32,000 nt of DNA from an uncultured bacterium (GCA_963704705.1 OY969931.1:840001-872000), one strand, 5' to 3'; numbered from the stretch's first letter, positions 21,425-31,660 are shown. Notes: generated from the letters alone by a model not told the origin. Numbers and translations are program-made.

Positions 21425-21871
21425 ATGAAAAAAGACGTACACCCAAAATATTATACAAATGCAAAATTCACTTGTGAATGCGGGAATGTTGTAGTTACAG
21501 GCTCAACTCTTGAATCATATAAAGTTGAAATATGCAGTGCTTGCCACCCTTTTTATACTGGTAAACAAAAGCTTGTTGATACAGCTGGTAGAGTAGAAAA
21601 ATTCATGGCTAAACGTAAAAAAGCTGAAGGTCCAAAAAAAGAAGATGAAATTTCAGAAACTGGTAAAAAAGCTAAAAAAGATGAAACTTATTTAACTGTT
21701 GATGAATTTAAAGCAATTAAAGAGAAAGAAAAGGATAAAGCAGTGAAAAGAGAAGTTAAAAAAACAGGCAGAGCGACTAAAGCGAGCCCTAAGGAGCGAG
21801 CGTCAGCGAGCGAAGCGAAAAAAAAACCAGCTGCTAAAAAGCCAACTGCTAAAAAAACCGCGAAAAAATAA
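21425..21871 (+). CDS. rpmE: 50S ribosomal protein L31 with long lysine-rich C-terminal extension
   Basis: [28 protein letters not shown]...[26 protein letters not shown], followed by a roughly 80-residue basic tail. Confidence 0.92.
   Translation: MKKDVHPKYYTNAKFTCECGNVVVTGSTLESYKVEICSACHPFYTGKQKLVDTAGRVEKFMAKRKKAEGPKKEDEISETGKKAKKDETYLTVDEFKAIKEKEKDKAVKREVKKTGRATKASPKERASASEAKKKPAAKKPTAKKTAKK
21766..21821 (+). repeat. Interspersed in-frame repeat, copy 2 (rpmE 3' end)
   Basis: AGGCAGAGCGACTAAAGCGAGCCCTAAGGAGCGAGCGTCAGCGAGCGAAGCGAAAA; same reading frame as copy 1 ([18 protein letters not shown]). Confidence 0.88.
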
Positions 21872-21885
21872 TTTATCTTTTATAA

Positions 21886-23992
<2,107 letters not shown>

Positions 23993-23994
23993 AA

Positions 23995-24555
23995 ATGAAA
24001 AACCTAATAAATTATTTTTTTGAGATAGGGATGCTTAAAAAATACCATCACAATGGTGTTATGGCTGCAGGTGTAAAGATTCCCGATACTGTAGCGGAGC
24101 ATTCATTCAGGGCAGCGATAATTGCTTATGTTTTAGCTGAACTTGAAGGTGAGAACAGCGAAAAAGTAGCTTGTATGTTGTTGTTTCACGATGTTCCTGA
24201 GGCAAGAACCGGAGACCACAATAAAATAGCTCAAAGATATATTGATAGAGATGGAATTGAAGAAAAAGTATTAAAAGACCAAATTAATTTGCTGCCAGCT
24301 AAAGCAGCTAAAGCAATTGAAGAATACTGGATAACTGAACACAGAGGTTCAAATAAACTAGCAAAAATCGCATATGATGCGGACTTACTTGAAACAGCAA
24401 TACAGGCAAAAGAATATTTGGATACAGGATATCCAACAAAAAGCTGGATTGATAATATTAAAGTACATCTAAAAACAAAAAGTGCGAAAAAGCTTTTACT
24501 TGAGTTGGAAAAGACGCATTTAACTGATTGGTTTAAAAAGATTAAAAAACTTTAA
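23995..24555 (+). CDS. HD-domain hydrolase (YfbR/HDDC2-like, probable 5'-deoxynucleotidase)
   Basis: VAEHSFRAAIIAYVLAELEG, MLLFHDVPEARTGDHNKI, AKIAYDADLLETAIQAKEYL. Confidence 0.8.
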   Translation: MKNLINYFFEIGMLKKYHHNGVMAAGVKIPDTVAEHSFRAAIIAYVLAELEGENSEKVACMLLFHDVPEARTGDHNKIAQRYIDRDGIEEKVLKDQINLLPAKAAKAIEEYWITEHRGSNKLAKIAYDADLLETAIQAKEYLDTGYPTKSWIDNIKVHLKTKSAKKLLLELEKTHLTDWFKKIKKL

Positions 24556-25379
24556 TGAAATTATTTAACAAAGCAATAAAAGATATAACCGTTGGATTCA
24601 TAGGCGGCAAAGGCCAGATGGCAAAGCTTTTTATTCCTTTATTTAAGAAAAAAGGCTTTAAAGTGATTATTTCTGATAAAGGAACAAAGCTTTCCAATAC
24701 GGAATTGGCCGAAATAGCTGATATTGTGATTGTTTCTGTGCCGATAATGAAAACCAAGGAGGTTATTCGAGAGATAATTCCTTTAACTCACGAAAAACAA
24801 TTGTTGATGGATTTCACTTCTTTGAAAGTCGAGCCGATTAATGAAATGTTAAAAGGCAAGGCTGAAGTAATTGGTCTTCATCCTATGTTTGGACCTAAAA
24901 TTTCGACTACCCAAAACCAAAGAATAGTGCTTTGTCCGGCCCGAACTGCGAACAAAAAATTTATCCAGAGTTTTCTTGAAGAACAAGGGCTTTTAGTGCA
25001 CGAAACAACACCGGAAAATCATGATAAAAACATGGGGGTAATTCAGGTTTTAATTCACTTTCATTCTATTTTGCTGGGTCATACTTTGCGCGACCTAAAT
25101 GTTGACTTAAATGAGCTGGAAAAATTTATGAGTCCTATTTATAAACTTGAATTTGGAGTAATTGCGCGTATGTTTTCTCAGGATCCGGACTTGTACGGAC
25201 CGATTTTAATGATGAATCCTGAAAAAAATTATATTATTGATTCCATTATGGTTAATACAAAAAATCTCGCGAATATTGTAGAATCCTCTAATCAAACGCT
25301 TTTTAGAGAATTCTTTATTAAGACATCAAAATACCTGGGTGAGTATAGTGAAATTGCATCGAAAATGATTAAAAGTTAA
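24555..25379 (+). CDS. tyrA: Prephenate dehydrogenase
   Basis: ITVGFIGGKGQMAKLFIPLFKKKGFKVIISDK, VIVSVPIMKTKEVI, LLMDFTSLK, VIGLHPMFGP; starts within the HD gene stop (TAATG). Confidence 0.78.
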   Translation: MKLFNKAIKDITVGFIGGKGQMAKLFIPLFKKKGFKVIISDKGTKLSNTELAEIADIVIVSVPIMKTKEVIREIIPLTHEKQLLMDFTSLKVEPINEMLKGKAEVIGLHPMFGPKISTTQNQRIVLCPARTANKKFIQSFLEEQGLLVHETTPENHDKNMGVIQVLIHFHSILLGHTLRDLNVDLNELEKFMSPIYKLEFGVIARMFSQDPDLYGPILMMNPEKNYIIDSIMVNTKNLANIVESSNQTLFREFFIKTSKYLGEYSEIASKMIKS

Positions 25380-28300
25380 AAAAATCTGCGCATTTTATTT
25401 TTACTACTGATTCTGCATAAAGCTCACAAATTCTGGAACGATTATTCTTTCCACTAATTGCTTCAATTTCAACGAACCTTCTCCTTATCGCAGATATAGA
25501 TTTCCCAAGTTCTCTTGCCCATGCTTCAATTGTCCCGTATTTTTCTCCATTTAACTCAACAAATCCATTCTCATCAACATGTGGAAGGTCTACCAATAAA
25601 TCCACGCAAATATTTCTTATATCTGATTCACTATAAAAATCCCAAACTCCTCCATGTTTATTCTTCCCTTTAATTCCTTTAATCCCTAATAGTCTTTTCT
25701 TTATTGAATTAAATGAGATATCAAGTGCTTTTGCCCATCCTCCAATTGTTCCATGTCTTTCTCCGTCCACTTCAATGAATCCATTTTCATCAGCCTGTAA
25801 AAAATTTTCAATGAAATCAGAACATCTTTCCCTTACTATTGACCCCGCATAAAATTCACATATTCGGCCTCCTCCATCTTTACCTCTAATTCCTTCTAAT
25901 TCATTTAACCTTTTTTTAATTGCATTAGAGGAGATTGTTAATACCCTTGCCCAGGCCTCAATAGTCCCGTATTTTTCTCCATTTATCTCAATAAATCCAT
26001 TCTCATCAGCCTTTGGAAGGTCTGCCAATAAATCCGCGCAAATATTTCTTATATCTGATTCACTATAAAAATCACAAATTCCTCCTTTATTACTCTTACC
26101 TCTAATTTCTTTAATTCCAAATAGTCTTTTCTTTATTGAACGATATGAGATATTAAGTTCTCTTGCCCATCCTGCAATTGCGCCATACCTTTCTTCGTTC
26201 AATTCAAAAAAACCACTCTCATCAGCCTTAGGGAGATCTAACATTAAATCCGCACAACTTTTTTTTACTCTTGATTCCGGGTAAAATTTATGAATTCTCC
26301 CATTTTTATTTTTCCCATTAATTCCTTCTAAACCATTTAACCTTTCAAATATTACATGTCTTGAGACACCAAATTCTTTTGACCATAAATATAATGAACC
26401 ATACCTTTCTCCATCCAGTTCGAAAAATCCATTCTCATCAGATACAGGAACGTCTTCAAGTAAATCAAAGCATTTTTCTTTTATGCTTGATTTCGGGTAA
26501 AATTCATTTATTGCGCCTTTTATATTCTTACCTCTAATTCCTTCCACTCCATTTAATTTAACCTTAATTGTAGGTGAGGAGATACCAATTGTTTTTGCCC
26601 AAGCTCGAATTGTTCCATATTGTTGACCATTTAAATAGAAAAATCCATTCTCATCTGCTTGCAAAAAATCTTCCAGTAAATCAGAACATCTTTCCCTTAT
26701 TAATGACTCTGAGTAAAATTGGCAAATTGTACCTTTTTTATACCTCCCTCTAATTCCTTTAATCCCTAATAATCTTTTCTTTATTGAATTATGTGCGACG
26801 CCAAGTTCTTTTGCCCATCCTTCAATTGTTTGATGTCTTTCACCGCCCACTTCAAAAAATCCATTATCATCGGCCTGTGGAAGATTTTCAAGGAAATCAG
26901 AACATCTTTCCCTTACTGTTGACTCCGTATAGAATTCACATATTCGGCTTAACTTATCTTTACCTGCAACCCCTTCTATACCAACTAATTTTTTCTTAAT
27001 CGTAAAATGGTTAACACCAAATTCCCTTACCCATGTATTTATTGTCCCATATCTCTCCCCATCCAATTCAAACAATCCATGCTCATCTGCCTGCGGAAGC
27101 TCTTCTCGTAATTTAAGCTGCTCATAAATATCAACTTGTTCGACTTCGCGCACGTATATCTGAGGATTTTTTCCCAATAAGTGTTGCCTAATCATTGCAA
27201 CTTCATCTTGTACCGGACTTCCCACATCGCCACCGTGGAATCCCCCGTGTGAGTTTTGCAGACCAAGAATGCGTCCTTCTTTAAAATCCGGCCAGCAATC
27301 TAGTAAATCAGGCAATAAATATGGTCTGTACCTGTTTGATCTAGGAATTATTTGTGCAACAAGTGCAAACATCTTTTTAAATCCCTGTTGTGATAAATCA
27401 CTTTGCGCTCGTATCTGACGAAGAACTCTTCCGTGTCGTTGTTCAAGTTTTGTAGAAGATAATGTCGGATAAGCATCTATAAGACACCTTGCCCTTGGGA
27501 GATTTATACCTCTGCCACCCATCTCGCAAAGTACCAATATATCTACTTTCCCATCATTAAAATCCGTCATATCTCTTTTAATCTGTTCCGAACTCATGCT
27601 TTCACCTGTCCAACAACGAACTGTAACTCCTTTATCACCGAGTTTCTGTAAAAGTTCCAGTGTTGTGGCATAAGCCAGTTGGACACTTGGAACATATACT
27701 AAAGTCGGGAAATTTTTTCTATTTTCTTTTGGAACAAGGGCTTCATAAACTTCAGGAATAGCCTTTTGAATTTCTGCTTCTTTTAATGCTGTTTGCAGTT
27801 CTTTTTGGTCGTAATCATCCTTTATTACATTTAATTGGCTGTCATCCAAGTCCGCTTCGAACAAATAAAATAACGGCGGGACATTTATTCCTTTTAAAAT
27901 TCCTTCTTTTAAATTCATTTCGTGTATTTTTTCTCCCCAAATTTCAGAAATATCTCTGCCGTCAGGCCATTTTGATGTAGCGGTAAGGCCCACTTTTACG
28001 GGATATTGAAAACCATTTATAATTTCTTTTCTTTCATCCGTTAAAAACATATCCGCTTCATCTCCTATTAAAAGCCGCACCCTTTCCGAAGGTAATAATT
28101 TGGCTAAATCTTTCTTATTTTTTTGCATTGCCTGAATGCTCGAAACAATTAAAGGACGGTCAAGAACTTTCTTTCCACCGCCCCAAATGCCGGTATCAAG
28201 ACCCAAAAAGTCAAATTCCTCTCTAATCATATGAAGTAATGATCTTTCAGTTGTTAATATAACATCGTGAGAATCCTGAAGTCCTAATTCCTGTTTTGCT

Positions 28301-28527
28301 CTTTGAGATGCAATTGCGAGATTAGCTTCAAGTATAGTTTTACCAGAACCGCATGAATGAACTATTGAAAATGCTTTTCTGTTAACAGCAAGTGCTATAG
28401 CCGCAAGTTGCATTGCCTCCTGTTGATGCGGATCCATGATAAGATCCGGATTCTCATTTAAAGGAGTTAATGTATCTATTTGGCGTTCGCAATAATCCGC
28501 GAATTTTAGTTGATAATCGTCTTGCAT
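25369..28527 (-). CDS. SF2 (DEAD-type) helicase fused to an array of eight 72-aa HTH-like repeats
   Basis: HSCGSGKT (motif I), IGDEAD (II), VGLTATS (III), EQRHGRVLRQ (VI); C-terminal periodic repeats; start set at ATG 28527 (MQDDYQLKFADY) because a TTGACA/TAAAAT promoter lies between it and the longer ORF start at 28632. Confidence 0.85.
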   Translation of the reverse strand: MQDDYQLKFADYCERQIDTLTPLNENPDLIMDPHQQEAMQLAAIALAVNRKAFSIVHSCGSGKTILEANLAIASQRAKQELGLQDSHDVILTTERSLLHMIREEFDFLGLDTGIWGGGKKVLDRPLIVSSIQAMQKNKKDLAKLLPSERVRLLIGDEADMFLTDERKEIINGFQYPVKVGLTATSKWPDGRDISEIWGEKIHEMNLKEGILKGINVPPLFYLFEADLDDSQLNVIKDDYDQKELQTALKEAEIQKAIPEVYEALVPKENRKNFPTLVYVPSVQLAYATTLELLQKLGDKGVTVRCWTGESMSSEQIKRDMTDFNDGKVDILVLCEMGGRGINLPRARCLIDAYPTLSSTKLEQRHGRVLRQIRAQSDLSQQGFKKMFALVAQIIPRSNRYRPYLLPDLLDCWPDFKEGRILGLQNSHGGFHGGDVGSPVQDEVAMIRQHLLGKNPQIYVREVEQVDIYEQLKLREELPQADEHGLFELDGERYGTINTWVREFGVNHFTIKKKLVGIEGVAGKDKLSRICEFYTESTVRERCSDFLENLPQADDNGFFEVGGERHQTIEGWAKELGVAHNSIKKRLLGIKGIRGRYKKGTICQFYSESLIRERCSDLLEDFLQADENGFFYLNGQQYGTIRAWAKTIGISSPTIKVKLNGVEGIRGKNIKGAINEFYPKSSIKEKCFDLLEDVPVSDENGFFELDGERYGSLYLWSKEFGVSRHVIFERLNGLEGINGKNKNGRIHKFYPESRVKKSCADLMLDLPKADESGFFELNEERYGAIAGWARELNISYRSIKKRLFGIKEIRGKSNKGGICDFYSESDIRNICADLLADLPKADENGFIEINGEKYGTIEAWARVLTISSNAIKKRLNELEGIRGKDGGGRICEFYAGSIVRERCSDFIENFLQADENGFIEVDGERHGTIGGWAKALDISFNSIKKRLLGIKGIKGKNKHGGVWDFYSESDIRNICVDLLVDLPHVDENGFVELNGEKYGTIEAWARELGKSISAIRRRFVEIEAISGKNNRSRICELYAESVVKIKCADFFNF
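25402..27129 (-). repeat. Eight in-frame 216-bp/72-aa repeats of the helicase C-terminus (partial ninth at 25372..25401)
   Basis: Units at 26914..27129, 26698..26913, 26482..26697, 26266..26481, 26050..26265, 25834..26049, 25618..25833, 25402..25617; rough consensus RERCSDLLEDLPQADENGFFELDGERYGTIEAWAKELGISxxSIKKRLLGIEGIRGKNKKGRICEFYSESxI. Confidence 0.92.
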
Positions 28528-28549
28528 TAAGATTATTTTACAGAGATTT

Positions 28550-28577
28550 ATTTTAACCTTTTTCATACTTTTGTCAA
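28550..28577 (-). promoter_or_regulatory. Putative promoter of the helicase gene
   Basis: On minus strand: TTGACA (28577-28572), 16-nt spacer, TAAAAT (28555-28550). Confidence 0.6.
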
Positions 28578-28702
28578 GCAATAAGCCCCTGAAAATTTGT
28601 TCATTTACAGGGAGAGTATACCTATTGCGCACTCAATTTTTTATATTGTCAATGAAATCCCGTCCCGGGATGGAATCATTGGTTTTGAATAATTTAGTGA
28701 GA

Positions 28703-28711
28703 TGCTATACT
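28703..28711 (+). promoter_or_regulatory. Putative extended -10 element for ruvA
   Basis: TGCTATACT ending 6 nt before the ruvA ATG at 28718; no convincing -35. Confidence 0.5.
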
Positions 28712-28717
28712 TAAACC

Positions 28718-29284
28718 ATGATTGCATATCTAACAGGAACAATTCATAAAAAGCTAGGTTCTAGCCTTATATTAACCGCAGGTGATGTTGGTTATCTGGT
28801 TAATGTTACGCAGACTTATCTTGGTGAAAATGAGCAGAACGATATTGCCGAGCTTTATATTCATACTGCCGTACGTGAAGATGACATAAGCCTTTATGGA
28901 TTTGAAAAATTTGAAGAACTTGAGGTATTTAAGCTTTTAATAAGCGTTTCAGGTGTTGGTCCAAAGTCAGCTCTCGAGATTCTTAACAATCCCCTTTCTT
29001 CAGTTAAATACGCAATTTCTAAAGGTGATAGTGCCCTTCTTGTAAAAACAAAGGGAATAGGCAAGAAGACCGCTGAAAGAATTGTTATTGATTTAAAAGA
29101 AAAGATAGGTGCATCTGAAAAACCTCAGGATTATAAAGTACCTGCCGACATTAACGAAGACGTTGTTTCAGCACTTGAGAATTTGGGCTACAGAAAGCAT
29201 CAAATCATTCAAAAATTAAAAGATATTCCTGAAGAAATTCAGGAACCTGAAGATATCATAAAATACTTCCTCCAAAATGCTTAA
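28718..29284 (+). CDS. ruvA: Holliday junction branch migration complex subunit RuvA
   Basis: MIAYLTGTIHKK, EDDISLYGFEKFEELEVFKLLISVSGVGPKSALEIL, KGIGKKTAERIVIDLKEK, VVSALENLGY. Confidence 0.94.
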   Translation: MIAYLTGTIHKKLGSSLILTAGDVGYLVNVTQTYLGENEQNDIAELYIHTAVREDDISLYGFEKFEELEVFKLLISVSGVGPKSALEILNNPLSSVKYAISKGDSALLVKTKGIGKKTAERIVIDLKEKIGASEKPQDYKVPADINEDVVSALENLGYRKHQIIQKLKDIPEEIQEPEDIIKYFLQNA

Positions 29285-30344
29285 AGAAATAAGAAAGCAA
29301 TTCAAGAATTACAATGCTTTGTTCATTAGCAATCCCACTAATGTTTATTATTTAACTGGGTTTACCGGTTCGCGAGGGCTTATTTTAATAACTCAGCGTA
29401 AAGCGTATTTTTTTACTGACTTCAGATATCTTGAATATGCCCAAAAAATAATCCCAAAAGACTTTGAGGTTGTTCAGATTGATAAAAAATGGAAAAAAGA
29501 CTGGCCCGCTCTTCTTAAAAAATTCAGAATTAAAGAATTGGGAGTTGAAGAAAGTTATTTAACTGTAAGCCAATATGATGGATTAAAGAAAATTTCTCCT
29601 GGTGTGCGGTTTAAAAAAACTGAAAATGTTATTGAAAAAATCCGCGAGATCAAAACAGACTGGGAACTTGCAATGCTTAAAAAATCTCAAAGAATAAACG
29701 AACTTGTTTTGGATGAAGTACTTAATTATTTAAAAGAAGGCCGAACAGAAGCTGAAGTTGAATGGTTTATTATTAAAGCACAGCGCGACTTGGGGGCTGA
29801 GGATTCATCATTTGACCCGATTGTTGCTTTTGGATCGCACAGCTCAATCCCCCATCATCAAAATACAAACAGAAAGTTAAAAAAAGGGCATGTTGTACTT
29901 ATTGATATGGGTGTTAAATATAAATCTTATTGCAGTGACATGACCCGTACCTTTTTTACAGCGAAGCCGTCAGCCAAAGAAGCTGAGGTTTACCAGACTG
30001 TTTTGGATGCTCAAAATGTAGCAATTGCAGAGCTTAAACACGGAACAACAGTTAAAAAAGTGGTTGAAGCTGCAATGAAGCCGATTAAGGAAAATGGTTA
30101 TGAAAAGAATTTTCAGCATGCTTTGGGCCACGGAGTCGGCTTGGATATCCATGAACTTCCGAGTCTTGGAGTTGAAGAACCATACAAGCTTAAAGCCAAT
30201 ATGATTACTACAATAGAACCGGGTATTTATCTACCTAAAAACTTTGGCGTTCGTATAGAAGATATGCTAATAATATCACGTACCGGAGCCCAGAATATTA
30301 CAAAGGCTCCAAAAGAACTAAAAGATGTAATAATCAAAATATAA
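29277..30344 (+). CDS. M24-family Xaa-Pro peptidase
   Basis: NVYYLTGFTGSRG, FDPIVAFGSHSSIPHH, VVLIDMGVKYKSYCSDMTRTFF, HALGHGVGLDIHELP, TTIEPGIYLP; overlaps ruvA by 8 nt. Confidence 0.92.
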   Translation: MLKEIRKQFKNYNALFISNPTNVYYLTGFTGSRGLILITQRKAYFFTDFRYLEYAQKIIPKDFEVVQIDKKWKKDWPALLKKFRIKELGVEESYLTVSQYDGLKKISPGVRFKKTENVIEKIREIKTDWELAMLKKSQRINELVLDEVLNYLKEGRTEAEVEWFIIKAQRDLGAEDSSFDPIVAFGSHSSIPHHQNTNRKLKKGHVVLIDMGVKYKSYCSDMTRTFFTAKPSAKEAEVYQTVLDAQNVAIAELKHGTTVKKVVEAAMKPIKENGYEKNFQHALGHGVGLDIHELPSLGVEEPYKLKANMITTIEPGIYLPKNFGVRIEDMLIISRTGAQNITKAPKELKDVIIKI

Positions 30345-30345
30345 T

Positions 30346-31656
30346 ATGGCTAAAATCGCAGTAATTCTATTCCCTGGAACGAATTGTGAACTTGAGGCAT
30401 TAAGGGCAATTGCAAGAAGCGGAATGGAGCCACAATTAATAAGATGGAATGAAGAAGCGGATTATTCGGGCTTTGACGGATTTTTTATTCCGGGCGGATT
30501 TAGCTATGAAGACAGGGGCAGGTCAGGAATTATCGCATCAAAAAACCCTTTAATTAATAATATTAAAGAAGAGGCTGCAAAAGGAAAACCTGTTTTAGGA
30601 GTTTGTAATGGAGCTCAGGTTGTTGTTGAGGCTGGTATGATTCCGGGGCTTGATCCAAAGCATGTAGAAATGGCTCTTGCATGGAACAAACGTGTTGATA
30701 AAGACGGAAATATTTTAGGTACAGGATTTTATAATGACTGGATTTATATTAAGAACGCGGTTCCAAAAGGCCGCAGCGCATTTAACTATTATGATCAGGA
30801 TCATTTACTTAGAATTCCTGTTGCGCATGGTGAAGGAAGATTCACATCAATTGATCCTGAAATGGAAGAGCTCTTATTAAAAAATCAGCAGACAGTATTT
30901 AGATATTGTGACGAGAATGGCGAAATTCGTGAGGAATTCCCTGTGAATCCAAATGGTGCGATGTTAAATTTGGCTGGTGTTTGTAATCCTGAAGGAAATG
31001 TAATGAGTTTAATGCCGCATCCTGAAAGAACTGAAGTGGGCGACCCTATTTTTGAATCAATGAATGCTTATATTGGTAAGAGTTTTGAAATTGTTAAACC
31101 TGAAGGCATTGTTATGGAAAAACCTGCATACGAAACCGAAGGTGCCAAGGCTTACGATAAGCCGGATATTGAAGTTTTTGTAGATACTGTGATTACTGAT
31201 AATGAAGAAAGAACTCTTGAAGCTGCAATTCACAACTTGGGATTTGCGGATGCAAAACTTAAAAAACTTTTATATTACGGAATTAGAACTAATGGCAATG
31301 TTGATAAAGTTGAAACAGCAAACGAGCTTTTAAAGAGCGGTGAAATTGTTAATATGGCAAAAGAAATTCCTTTAATTAAAATAGAAGGTAAGTTTTATAG
31401 TTTTGATCCGGAACAAGGTTTAAGTGAAACAGACGGGAAATCAATTAATGCTGAAAGCTATTTAACTTTTAATAAAGAAGATACTGTTGGAGAAAGTAAA
31501 TTACAGACAATCAAACATCATTTTGAAATTAAAGGTGTTGATAGAATTCATGCAGGGAAAAAATGGTCGCTTTCGAGTGGCGCGCAGGAAGCTGAAAAGA
31601 TTGTTTCTACTTTAATCTTCCACAATCCACATTCAATGGATATTTATAAAGCTTAA
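30346..31656 (+). CDS. purQ: Phosphoribosylformylglycinamidine synthase glutaminase subunit (PurQ) with C-terminal extension, possibly PurS-like
   Basis: VILFPGTNCELEALRA, FFIPGGFSYEDRGRSG, KPVLGVCNGAQVV, GNVMSLMPHPERT; then about 160 extra residues beginning DIEVFVDTVITDNEERTLEAAIHNLGF. Confidence 0.85.
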   Translation: MAKIAVILFPGTNCELEALRAIARSGMEPQLIRWNEEADYSGFDGFFIPGGFSYEDRGRSGIIASKNPLINNIKEEAAKGKPVLGVCNGAQVVVEAGMIPGLDPKHVEMALAWNKRVDKDGNILGTGFYNDWIYIKNAVPKGRSAFNYYDQDHLLRIPVAHGEGRFTSIDPEMEELLLKNQQTVFRYCDENGEIREEFPVNPNGAMLNLAGVCNPEGNVMSLMPHPERTEVGDPIFESMNAYIGKSFEIVKPEGIVMEKPAYETEGAKAYDKPDIEVFVDTVITDNEERTLEAAIHNLGFADAKLKKLLYYGIRTNGNVDKVETANELLKSGEIVNMAKEIPLIKIEGKFYSFDPEQGLSETDGKSINAESYLTFNKEDTVGESKLQTIKHHFEIKGVDRIHAGKKWSLSSGAQEAEKIVSTLIFHNPHSMDIYKA

Positions 31657-31660
31657 AAAT

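Noticed and set aside
25369-27129. Regularly spaced similar DNA segments that could be mistaken for a CRISPR or satellite array
   Set aside because: Period is 216 bp, fully in-frame with a 72-aa protein repeat, and divergence is spread over the unit; there are no short identical repeats with unique spacers.
26784-27980. Plus-strand ORFs opposite the helicase (26784..26999, 27786..27980)
   Set aside because: Shadow ORFs on the opposite strand of a strongly supported coding gene, no independent support.
28528-28632. Upstream extension of the helicase ORF (MRNRYTLPVNEQIFRGLLLDKSMKKVKINLCKIIL)
   Set aside because: A TTGACA-16-TAAAAT promoter lies inside this stretch (28550..28577), so the more likely start is ATG 28527.
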